Shown here: positions 10,895-22,516 of the stretch, in pieces
Layout of the letters: each line of letters begins with the position of its first letter
Numbering within the stretch: the stretch's first letter is position 1
Source of the DNA: Lama glama
Lineage: Eukaryota
Length of the DNA stretch: 64,000 bases
Direction: 5' to 3'
Assembly (NCBI GenBank): GCA_028534125.1
Contig: CM052817.1
Span: 4,280,001-4,344,000, forward strand
Made by a program: the position numbers and the translations under genes
Notes under the pieces: generated by a model
Seen by the model: the letters and a program-made list of their open reading frames with translations, nothing else
Told to the model about the DNA's origin: nothing
Database searches by the model: none

Positions 10895-13848
10895 GTGAGC
10901 AGAAACGGTCACGCACCCTGCAGCTCCTTGCCTTCCTATCCCCTTGGCAGTGTCGCTGGGGCATGTCCTGTGGGTCTGCATGGTTTACTCTGGAGACAGG
11001 AGGGAAAAAAACACTGGCAGAGCCCAGGCGAGAATGTCCCAGCTAACATGCCTCTTTAACAAGTTTTTAAAAAATCAACCGTGTTATGAGAGCCTAACTT
11101 GGCTTCTTCTTTGTTCACCACATGCATGAGGATAGGAGACAGTTCCAGGAGGCAGGTGGCCACCACGGTCTATTCTGAGTTGAATCTGGCAGAAAAGCTG
11201 CTGTTGCCAACGAGGATGCAGGCGTGGGGCTGGACGAGTCCCTGCAGCCACGCTGAGCGAGGGCAGAGGTGGCCTCCGGGCTCCGTGCTGTGGCTGTCAC
11301 AGGGAGACCTGGGCCCCTGAGCATCTTAGCTTGGAATTACCTCCATGAGTGAATTCTCTGAATTTGAATTTTCTGAGTTCATTGACAGTGGGCCACGTGA
11401 GAGAGGCAAAGCCTGGGCGCAGACCCATCTCTGGGGGTGGGGGGCCCTGAGGGGCTCCAGGGGGGCCAGCGCCTCAGAGGCTAGCATGTCAGAGCCATGC
11501 CAACCCAAGGGTCGGTGCGGGTGGGCCACGCTCTCCACGACAGTGGCTCCCTGTGGAGAGACCCCCAGGACTTCTCAGTGCCTTACCACGAGGTTTAGGT
11601 CCTGCTCAGCGTGCTGCCTGTCCTCCTGTAGGCGGAGGGGCTCCGCTCCATGTGGTCACTCAGGGTCCAGCGCTGGAGGCAGCGCCATCTTGTACCGGTC
11701 TGTCCACGGTGCGTCCTCCTCGGCAGGGGACAGGAGAAGCCGTTCTCTGCCTCGGCACTTTTCTTTGGCCTAAACAGTCGCGTGGCCCTGCCTACCGCAA
11801 AGGTGCCAAGCAGTGTGTGAGCAGTTGGAGTGTCTGGTGACACCACTGCCCCAGCCCCCGAGCAGGAGGTGATCTGAGGGGGTCGGGCGCGGGCAACCAG
11901 AGGCCCTGTGGTGGAGCACAGGGAGCAGGAGGCGAGTGTTAAGGGAAGGCGTTGTGAGAGGTTCCAGGTGGGTTAACGGGGACCCGGGAGGAGCTGCAGA
12001 ACGGATGGCTTAGCCTGGCTCTGACTGGTGTCCAGTCAGTGGCATGAGGGCTTGGGTCATGACCAGGGTTCAAATTGAGGCTGTTGGCTAGCAGCCAGAA
12101 TCAACAGGGGGCAGGTGAGCGACCAGCCCTCAGGAACTGGTGGTCACGTAACCCTGGTCCAGAATTTTCCACGGAGGCAGGAGAGCAGGGAAGAGCCCAT
12201 GCTCTGCAGCCAGCCCCCCTGCTCAGATGCTGGCCCTGCCACTGACCTGCTGCACAACCTCGGGCAATTTCCATGATCTCTTGTGCCTCAGTTTCCTCAT
12301 CTTTAAAATGGAGCCAGCAATAGTACTTAACACACTGGGGAAGAGAGCTTAGGGAAGCTCAGCAGCAGCTGGGATGGATTCCGGCTGACAGATGAGGCTG
12401 TTTTCAGACTGTTTTCAGAACACTAACCCGCCGCTGACCTCAGCCTCCCTCCTCCAGGCTGGGCTCGTGGTCTGCAGATAAGTTAACCTCCCATCTGAGG
12501 GTGCTGAGGCCTGTTTGTGGGCCTGGGCTCCCCTCAGTTCCTGCCAAAGGAAGGGGCCAGCTGGGGACAAAACAAAGCCATTCCTTCCGCGAGCACTTCC
12601 CAGAGCGCCTGCCCTGCCCCAGGCTTGGTGCTCGGTGTGTGGAACGACGTATGAGTTACCGTCACCGCCCACCAAAGCCCCTCGGGCTTAGTGTTCACAG
12701 CAACAGACTGCCTGCTTGCAGCTCTGTGGGTCGGCAGTCTGGGTTGGGGTCAACTGGTGGTTCTTCAGCTGCTCTCATCTGGGGTCGTTCTGAAGGCTGC
12801 AGTGTTGGTAGAGTGACTGCAGCTCGGTGGCCCCCAGTGGCCTCACTCTCCTTTCTGAGCACTGGTGCCAGGTCTTGGCCAGATCTCTCCTCGTGGTCCT
12901 CTCCTCCTCAAGGAAGCTGCGCTGGCTTCTTTTTCTGGGGGCCTGGGGGTGAACAGAAGGAAAGGCAAGCCCCAAAGCACAAGTACACACCACGCCTCTG
13001 CTGCCGTCCCCTTGCTAACACCCCAGTCACCCAAGCACATCACAGCCGAGCCCAGCCTCGCGGTTGTGGGAAGAGACGCCGTGTCTCCTTGGGAGGAGCT
13101 GCAGGGTCATGTTGCAAAGGGGCACAGAGATGGGAGATGTTGCAAACCGCTTGCCACAGGAAAAAGGATGAATGGAACACAGCTGTCTTCCCAGGGACTC
13201 AGCCCGTGGGGCCAACCCAGGGATGACGCAGGGTGGTCAGTGTTGGCGAGGAGGGAAGAAGGAAGAAAGTTCCCTCACTTATCCATTCATCCGTCCCCCA
13301 TGTCTGCTGCCCCCGGCTGTGTGCCGGGCACCGTGTGGGCGCTGGGGATGCCGGTGTGAAGATAGGCTTAGCACCTTGCACTCGTGGAATTTTCCAGGCA
13401 GACTCAGCCAGGCAGAGAGATGTGGTTCGGGCACCAGAGCCAGACGGAGAAGGGCGAGCAGGAGTGCGTCCCTGTAAGGACGCAGGTTGGGGTGTGGGCA
13501 GACCCTCGGCGTGGCCTAGACGCCGGCCCCCGGGCTGCACGAACAGCCGGGGGAGGGTGTGCGGTGCCACCTCGGTCCCACTGCAGCTGGTGTTCGGTCC
13601 GCAGTGCTGAGGAGCCCCCGTGCCTCTGGGGAGTTTGAGCCGTGGAGGAGGGTGCTTCACAAGCCTGCCGTTTCTCTCCTTCATGTTTAAGGGTTTAAGG
13701 GACGGTGAGGTCCTTCTAACCGCTGTCCTTTCCTCACGCTTTTGCTACAAAGTTTCATGTTGAGCGATCTGTCCCACGGACGCTCACTTTGTTATTGAGC
13801 CGTCTGTTTGCGTCAATGAGTGTGAACATGTTTAGTACTTTCCCTTAG

Positions 13849-13911
13849 GATTCCAAATGGGTTGAGGAGAAGCAGCTGCTCATCAGAACAAACCAAGACT
13901 TGCTGGAAAAG
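13849..13911 (+). CDS. JAKMIP1: JAKMIP1 coding exon (DSKWVEEKQLLIRTNQDLLEK)
   Basis: cccttag|GAT ... AAG|gtacgt; 63 nt. Confidence 0.95.
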
Positions 13912-15775
13912 GTACGTGGCATAAACACCTGGACCCCCTCCCAGAGAATCTTGGCGCCCACAGCCCCCAGGGACCTCAGAGGCCCACTCTGGCCACATGG
14001 GTCTCACCCGTGCCCTTCCTGGTGGCCCCAGGGGCCTAGCCAGCCCTCAGAGGAGGGACATCTTCCTCAGGTTGAATCAGGGACTGACTCCGGGGGTCTC
14101 CGGCCTGGTCCTGGTCCTGTCCTCTGGGGCGGGGCCCGCAGAGCTGGTTTAGGCCGCCCTGCAGACACGCTGGGGCCTGCCCATCCTGTCCTCCTGGGGC
14201 CCCTGCAAACCTGGTAGGGGCCACCATCCCCCTGGGGCCCCTGCAGACGTCGTGGGGGCCGCCTGTCTTCCTGATACAGGCCCCCAGGCTGCCTCTGCCG
14301 TGGCCTTGGGTTCCAGGTCCCCTCCCCCTCCCGGTGGAGGTGAGAGGACAGGCCCCACCTTGGTTGGTCGTGGTCCAGTTCATGGACTAGAGGCCATGGC
14401 GCGGGCGGAGCTGAGCCAGTCCCTCCCTCTCCGTCATGGAACTTTCTGGTCATGGGACTTTCCAAGGAGTCAGCTTGGGGAGTAGATCTGATGCTTTGGG
14501 ACAAGACCTTAGCTTTATTTTGTTCTTATTGGTGAACAGTTAGTGGGTTTTTTTTTGTTTGGTTTTGGGTTTGTTTTTGGTTTGTTTTTTTTTGGTACAT
14601 TTACTGAGTTGTGCAACCATCACCACAGTGCAATTTTGGAAACATTCTCAGCCTCCCAGAAAGAGCCCTCGGGCCTATTTATAGTCAGTCCCCATCATTC
14701 ACGCCTGAGCCTCAGCAACCTCCTTTCCGTCTGGATAGCTTTGCTTTTCCTGCACCTCCCACACTGGTGGGATCGGACCTGGGTTAGGCCTCAGCTTCTA
14801 AGCATCCTAGGACACACCAGCTGGACGAGCCTGGCCTCACCCCTTGGGAGGGGGCCTCGGTCCTGTCCCAGCTCTGCACTGACCCACTGTGTGGCCTTTC
14901 ACCGTCCCATCTCTCCATGGGCATTGGGACAGGACCGGTCACTGTCCTGTGAGTCGGCCCGGTGCATCCGGAGAGATTTCCATCCTTGGTCCTGCTCACT
15001 ACATTCTGGAAGGCACGGAAAAGCCTCTCACTGTGTCCAAATATCCCCCTGGGGGGCGGCGCCACCCCAGTAGTGATAGGGAGGAGGGAGCAATGGTGCC
15101 CATGACCCACCAAGGCCCTGGTTTCCATGCAGTCTTAGTCCTTGCTGCGGGCAGCCGTGGGGAGCTGCCCTGGTCCTCCTTGGACAAACCTGAGGCACTA
15201 AGCAGTTAGGTAACTGGCCCAGGGTCTCCCAGTGGGTTCGGGGCCCAGGCAACCCCCCTTCCCAGACCTGTGCTTTCAGGACATCTGCTACCACCCTCAC
15301 CGGAGCCCTCTGGGGAGCACAAGGCACGTGCGCCTTCCTGGTGCAGCTGGCCGGACTCTGGCTGGGCTGATTCTGCGCATCTGGGCCGGAGGAGCTCGGA
15401 TAGGCTGGAGGTCGCTCTGACTTCCCCCACGACTGACCTCAAGGAAGGGACTTGATCGCTCTGTGCCTCAGTTTCCACACCATTTGTGTGCTCAGTAAAC
15501 ATCTGAAGGGAACCCCCTCTGGGCCAGGCTGGGGGCCGCAGGGAGGAGCCGGCAGGCCTCCATCTGCGCCCTCCCCGGCCTCTGCAGCAGAAAGGGCGGC
15601 AGTGCCTGCACTGCACAGCCGCTGCGGAGCCTCCCCTCCCTGCCCTCCCTCTGGTCATGGTCCCTGTTCCCTCAGGCCAGCGCTCAGGGGGTCCGTGATG
15701 GAGGGGCATGTTCTCATGGCCCCTGGTGAGGGAGTGGTTCTCCCCTCCGTTAACCTGCAGGTATTTCTGCTCTAG

Positions 15776-15949
<174 letters not shown>

Positions 15950-16141
15950 AGTCCCAGATGTTTTCAAGCATGTGTAAGGGGACGTGTGACACTTTCTTTC
16001 TTTTCTTTTCTTTTTTTTTTTCAAATCTGTATGTTCAGAATAATTTCACTGCCTTAATATGTTCTGGAGAGAATGCTCACCGAAGTCTTTGGACGTGTAC
16101 CAGAGCTAATATATTTATTGCCTACGGCTTGTTTTGCACTT

Positions 16142-16147
16142 AATAAA
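16142..16147 (+). terminator. AATAAA polyadenylation signal of the short JAKMIP1 isoform
   Basis: AATAAA about 190 nt after the short-isoform stop, followed by T/GT-rich sequence. Confidence 0.75.
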
Positions 16148-18400
16148 ATAATTTGTTTTTGCAATATTTTGCCTTTTTTATTTGTGTTTCATTTCCATAA
16201 CTACTTCTTTCCTGCATGCATAGTCACCTGGTATGCATTCTGCAAACTTGGACAGAAGCACTGTTGCAATTAATAGCACACCTTTTTAAGTGACCCTGCA
16301 TGCATGAATCTCACCTTTTGAAAGAGCGGGGTCTGACCTGGCCCGCAGCTGACTCTATAATGTGTTTACTGCTAGTTTGGCCCTTTTTCTATTTGCCAAG
16401 GTAAACACAGGTAAGTGAACAGGGGGAAAGGAGATACTTGCATAGGCAGTTAAGCTTGTAACGTTGCTCCAACCCTTTGATCCAGTGAATGCAGAGCCGG
16501 GCATCGCAGCAGTGTTGGACTAAAACAATTACTGTTGGTAACTCAAACCGCAACTCAGAACTACTCTTTAGCGAGAAGGGAGGTTGACCGTTGTTCATGG
16601 GTAGAAATCGTGTTCCAGAACCTGCAGTGCCTTTCCCGTTACCAAGTCGGATCCGGAGTGAGGGTATTGACGCTTTCATTGCTTCCAGCTGAAATCTTGC
16701 TTCGGGTGTGTTACTGTATTGCCTTCACAATCCTTTTTTTGTTTTTGTTTGTTTCCATTTGAAACATCATCGACAGGTTAAACAGCACCAAGTCTGTGGC
16801 CGGTTCCCTAAGCAGCTGTGGTGACTCGGTCCTGCTCTCCCTCCGCTGAAGCCTTTGCATGTACAGAGCCGTCAGTAAAAGCGAGCTCCTTGGCCAGCGT
16901 TGGTGCTTCTCTGATTCTGTTTTCTTCTCCCGGCTTCAGTTGAAATTCTGTTTGCACTGCAGCTTCCCATCTTGTCCTTTGTTGTGTTGGCCCGAATGCC
17001 TCAGACCCACGTCTTGCCTGAACGTGACCTGAGTCCTTGGTTCACTCAGCAGAAGTGGAGGCTACGGGAGGTCGTGGTTAACACGTCCGCGGCTGTTAGA
17101 AAATCTCCCACAGCTCTTTGCTGCTGCACATCTTTCTCGTCAGAATTCCATAAGCATTGGTCCTTGCACTAGAATGTTCTTTGTCTCCATCATCCTTTGG
17201 AGCCATTCGAAACCAGTTTTCTGACTTTCATTCATAAAAAAATAAGAGCTTTCTTTTGTTCCCCTCCATGTAAGTATTTCATGTAGGAAAGGCATCTGTT
17301 GTACAGAACCGGGATGAATTCTGTTGTTCTTGTCTAATAAGGGAGATTAGGTTTTCTCTCTAAACTGGTTAGCCAGACTGGGGCTTCGTGGGAATTAATT
17401 GAATGGATGGCCCCGCCCTTCCTCTCCCCTTTAGCCTTGTCCCAGAGCGTCTGCTTAGGACCTGCCATCTGAACTAGTGCCCATCTGGATTACATATCTT
17501 AGTTGAATGGCTAAGGAAGCCCATGGGTTCAGCTGCCAGAGTCTGCAGGCGGCGGTCCAACACACGCTTACTCAACTTACCGTAATTTTGTGAAAATAAA
17601 AGCAGTTTGATTTCAGAGTATGATTTGGAAAGGTCTCCTCTGCTGGCCAACCTGTCCATGGCTCAGGGTTTAAAGGCGACTCTGTGTAGGAAACACCTTG
17701 GAGACCAGAGCACTGTTCTGCGGCTATCCTTTATTTCCGTAAGTGACTGGTCCTTTCAAAAAGTGTATCTCTTATTTGATTAATAAGTACCGTTTCTGGG
17801 AAAATGATTGTTTTCCTTCCTTAGTAACTGAGATCTGACTGTCAGTCTAAGGCAGAGATAGAATGATCACTGGTGTATTAGTGGGGTTCCAAAAAAATTG
17901 TGAACCAAATCAGATGATTATATGGAAAAAAATGGGAAGCCAGGGTCTGGGTCCTGGCCCTGCCGCTCACTCGTGTGGGACCTCGGTTGGTCTCTCTGTC
18001 TACAAAACAGAAGTAGTAACAGCTGCCTCGTGGGGTTGCATGAGGATTAAATGAGATAACAAATGTCTATTGGAATTCCACGCGCTTGCTCTTATTGCGT
18101 ATCTAACGATGATTGTGCGACTTCCTGGGCTTCGATCTGCAGCAGGTCAACTCAGACACTGCTAACACCGCTTCTCAGCTGATTAGGTTAAGAAGTAACC
18201 CCGTTTCCACAGGAGATGCGCTGCAATGCAGACAGGCCGCAGCGTCTCCATCACGACGAGGAGACGGTAGTCTGAATGTGCACTTTCTTGCAACACCTTT
18301 GCCCGCCGGAATTCATTGGGTTTTGCTGAGTAACATGGGAAAATGGCAAGTGGTAAATAATCCAATAAAGTTCTGTTTTTAAACCAAATCTTTTCCCCAG

Positions 18401-18502
18401 GAGAGAGAGCGGAGGTCGCCAGCATTTAACCTCCAAATCAGCACCTTCCCCGAGAACAACAGCAGCGCCCTCCAGCTGTTCTGTCACCAGGAAGGAGTGA
18501 AG
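18401..18502 (+). CDS. JAKMIP1: JAKMIP1 long-isoform exon (ERERRSPAFNLQISTFPENNSSALQLFCHQEGVK)
   Basis: ttttccccag|GAG ... AAG|gtagcg; 102 nt. Confidence 0.92.
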
Positions 18503-19213
18503 GTAGCGTGCTTGGGGGGTGCCCCCGCTACACCACGGCCCAGGGCCCCCTCCAGGGCCAGGCTCAGCTGTGAAGGGGATGGTGTCCTGGTGCCAGGGAC
18601 AGAATTGATTTTTACCGAGATGCTCCCGTCCCCACCGTATTTTGAAAGTCAGAGTTCATTACTCTAGTGGGTCACCAGATGTCGCTCTGCTTGTACCCCT
18701 GTTCAGCCTTGAGTGCACACCCCAGCCCGGCCACTTCCGAGCTCTGGCCCATAACCACTCTGAGCCTCAGTCTCTTTGTCTAGGCGTTCTAAGTGGCAAC
18801 GCCCACACCGTTAACTTAGATCATGAACGTGAAGCACTCAGTACAGTGCCCGAAGCGCGGTGAGTGTTCTGGAGATGGGAGCTGTGGTGGTTCTAACAGC
18901 TGAGTGTTCGCTGTGTCCCTGGGGTCCTCCTAGGCCCGCAGGCACAGAGAGGCCCTTCTGACCCATGGGATTCCATGAGCCTTTCCAGAAAGCCGTGTTT
19001 GTGCTGGATAAAACTCAGTCCATACGTATCAGTTACCAGCCTGCCCTCCCTGCCCTCCGGGAAGGAACTAAGAGTAACACTTGGCCCAGCCTTAGGCCCT
19101 AAGACACAAGAAAGGGAGAGGTGTCTTATCCAGGAGTGAGGACCGTGGCCCTAGAGGTTGGTGTGGATGGTCTTTGTAGCTCACACAACATGAACGTTGG
19201 CCATCTTTTCCAG

Positions 19214-19267
19214 GATGTGAATATTTCTGAACTTATGAAGAAATTAGATATCCTTGGCGATAATGGG
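19214..19267 (+). CDS. JAKMIP1: JAKMIP1 long-isoform exon (DVNISELMKKLDILGDNG)
   Basis: ttttccag|GAT ... GGG|gtaact; 54 nt. Confidence 0.92.
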
Positions 19268-19813
19268 GTAACTATGAGCGATCGGTTTCTGGTTTCGTGT
19301 CCTTGTTTTGAGCCGGGTGTACTCTGTGTGGCTTTTGTTTCGTTTCGTTTTAATTTCTTCCTAATTTAAGAGATCTACTAAGTACAATGTAAGGCTTTTG
19401 TATGGCCATGTTCCTGGGTTGGGTGGCTGGGTCCACGTTCGGCAGAAGTGGGATTCTGAACTTAGGGCATCCGGATAGCCTGTGAGTGATGACGGGGGAA
19501 GCGCACAAAGATGGATCCCCAGAGAGCCACGGGGTCACTCGAGGCTTCTGAAATCAGAAAGGAACACTTTTGCCTTCTTAAAAGATTGGCTTGAGGGAGG
19601 CCCTGTTTCTAAAAGGCTCCGCACCACCGTGTGAGACATCCCCAACCAGAGGGCGAGGGCGGGTCCTCAGACGTGTCACAGCCGGCCCACCAGTGACTGG
19701 GGCTGACCCCGGGGAGGCCGTCCGGAGAGCAGCTCTCCAAGGCGTGTAGGGCTGACTGTCTGCACGTGATGTGGGATCCCTGTCAAATGCCCTTGCCCAT
19801 TTTTGTGTTTTAG

Positions 19814-19879
19814 AACTTGAGAAATGAAGAGCAGGTTGCAATAATCCAGGCTGGAACTGTGCTTGCCCTGTGTGAAAAG
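19814..19879 (+). CDS. JAKMIP1: JAKMIP1 long-isoform exon (NLRNEEQVAIIQAGTVLALCEK)
   Basis: gttttag|AAC ... AAG|gtagag; 66 nt. Confidence 0.92.
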
Positions 19880-22404
19880 GTAGAGCCCAGCGGCATTTCT
19901 GTCCGTACACCTTGTCCAAGCTTCCCGGCACCATACAAGAAACTGTACATTGGCGTCTCGCTGTCCTGGAAGCATGCCTTCTGGTCCGTCTGCGTCTGCA
20001 TGCGCACGTGCACGCCTTTTCGTTTTCTGATCGAAAGTCACTCCCGCTGATGGTAGAAACAGAGACCACAGAAGGAAGTAAACCACCCCCACCCCGCCCC
20101 CCGAGGAAACCCTTCTGCGACAGTTGGTGTATTTCCTTCCGGCTTTTTTCCCACACGCTTTTTAAAAACTTAGTTGAAATCGTACTTGACTTGAGTTTTG
20201 AATCCTGTTTAGTCAGCTCCCTGCACGGGATTCGGTGGCCCTGCACCTTCCACCCACAGCTCTACCCTTAGTTAATGATTCTTCCGCTGTCAGATACCGA
20301 GGGCATTTCCAACATCAGTTTTCCTACTCAGCATCGTGCAGTGATGAACATCTTTACCCGCCAGTTACTCCCCACATTTTAAGGCACTTCCACAGGATAG
20401 ATTCTAGGCGTGGAACCACTGGGCCAAAGGGTAAGAGTTTTTCAGAGCTTTGATGCTGTCAAATGGTTCCCAGAAAAGTGGTACCAACGCCCCCGCTACC
20501 TGAGTGTTACCGCTGCTGGCTTCTCATTCAGCGTGGCTTATCACCACTGAGAACTCTGCCGATGTGATAGGCAAAGATTATGTGACGTCATGTTTTCATT
20601 TATCTGAGCACTAGCGATGAAGTTTTTGTGTGTATCATCCATTTTCTTCTTCCTTGTGAGTTGTAATTACATTTCTTTGGACCATTTTCCATCGAGCTTG
20701 TTTGTTACTCATTCATGCATTAACTCAGCCATGCAGTCATCTATTCACGTATTTAATACGTATTTCTTGTGACTATGGTTTTTCTCACTGACTTCCCTGC
20801 GTGCCTTACATCCTACAGATAATAACTTTTGCTGTATTTATTAAAAATACATTCCTGGTTTGCCTTTGACATTAATTTAGGATATTTTAGACATACACAA
20901 CTTTTTAATACAGATCTTTCTCTTTTAAAGCACAAGAGTTAAACTTTAAAATGTTATTTTTATAATGGTGAGGTTATAGCAATCTTAATCAGGGTTCCTT
21001 CCAGAATCTGTGGAAGGACGTTTAGGATGTAAGTATTGTTCCCCAGGCACCTGTCCGTCCTCCCCAGTCACGTACAAGGCATTAAATGTTGGTAACAACT
21101 TGCAGCGAAGCCTTGCTGAGGTCACACAGGTGGTCGTGGCGACTCCCACAGCACTGTCACCTGGCTGAGTCTGCGTCCTCAGGTGAACAGCGTTGGGGGG
21201 CGGGGGGCGGGGATGATGATGTCACACCTGGCTGGCTGGCAGCTCCTCAGACGCCGGTGACTGCAGGTGTTAGGCATGTGGTGTGCGTCCTGTAAACATC
21301 CCTCTCACTGACAGAGCCGAATGTGCCTGTAGCCTCCCGGTGGGGATGGGGTGTCACGTCGCGTGTCCAGCAAAGACTTTCAGTTTATTCAGCATTCACT
21401 CCGACGCTCACTGAGAATGAGCCTCTGAGAGCCCAGTGCCCGGTACACCCCGGAGGATGTGGCCGTGTCGGGCCCAGGGTTCCCTCCTTATCCTCCAGAA
21501 GCCCCTGCTAGTCTAGACCCCCTCAATGTCCCTGAGCCCCGAAATGGAGAGCTGTGAGCCCTGCGGGGCTACAATCGGGACCCCAGGAAATGGCATTTTT
21601 AAGTGGAACTGAGTGCTGCTGCTAAGCACCTGGGGCAGGCGGGACTCCCAGAGGTGTCTGATCAGTGCTCGTGGGTGGTGAGCAGAGCAGGCACCACCAG
21701 TGACTTGGGGTGGGGCGCTGGGGTCTCCCTCTCTCCAACCCCCAGAGCCTCCTGGAGGGCGGCAGACTGTAGGGAGTTCCCGGCCCCGCCAGGCACCAAG
21801 TTCTCCCACCCTGTGCCTTCCCAATTCGCTCGTCCGTCACCCAGCAAACAGCAAGTGATCCAGACCCACAGCCTTGGGCCCCACCCCAGGGCTCCCCTTC
21901 TCAACCATCGTGCAAGATTAGAGGCACATCTCCCTTGTACACTGAGGACACGGGGCCTGCCTGGCACATGGCTGCTACCTGCTTTGGCCCTGTCTCCCCC
22001 CTCACCCACCTACACCAGCTCCTGCCAGCTGCCGCCCATCTGCCGCTGACCGCAGAGCCCCGCCAAGCTGCTCGGCCTGGCACCACGATCTGTGCCCTAA
22101 ACGCTGCGAGTCGCGCCAGCCGCCCTCGCCTGCCAGCTACCCCCAACATCCTGCAAGGGTGATGGCATTTAGAGGCCCCGACTCTGTGCCAGGTGAGAGG
22201 GGCCCAGTCCACTCCGTGGGGACTGGACTTAGACCAGTGTTTGCTCATTTTCTCAGGGACACTAGCTCTGCCACATGTCTGTAAACGGATGTCCAGTGTT
22301 TGGGAGGTACTGTATCTCCCCCCTGGAGAGAGCTGGGTGCTAAGAATGCACCCCAAAAAGAAAACTGGGTCAGCAGGACCCACTGGGAGCAGTGAGGGGA
22401 CTGC

Positions 22405-22516
22405 GAGAGTGTCTAACTGTCCAGTTTGCCTGGGACACAGGGGTTTCCCAGGATGTGGGGATTTCATTGCCGAAAAGGGGACGGCCCCAGGCAAATAGGG
22501 CCGCATTGGTCACCTT
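22405..22516. mobile_element. Second, more degraded MER81-like MITE
   Basis: aactgtccagtttgcctgggac...ggggtttccc...ggcaaatagggccgcattggtcacc resembles the copy at 33615. Confidence 0.55.

Noticed and set aside
15758..15775. Upstream acceptor cctgcag| 15 nt before the exon at 15776
   Set aside because: It would add VFLL followed by an in-frame TAG; no support as a coding variant.
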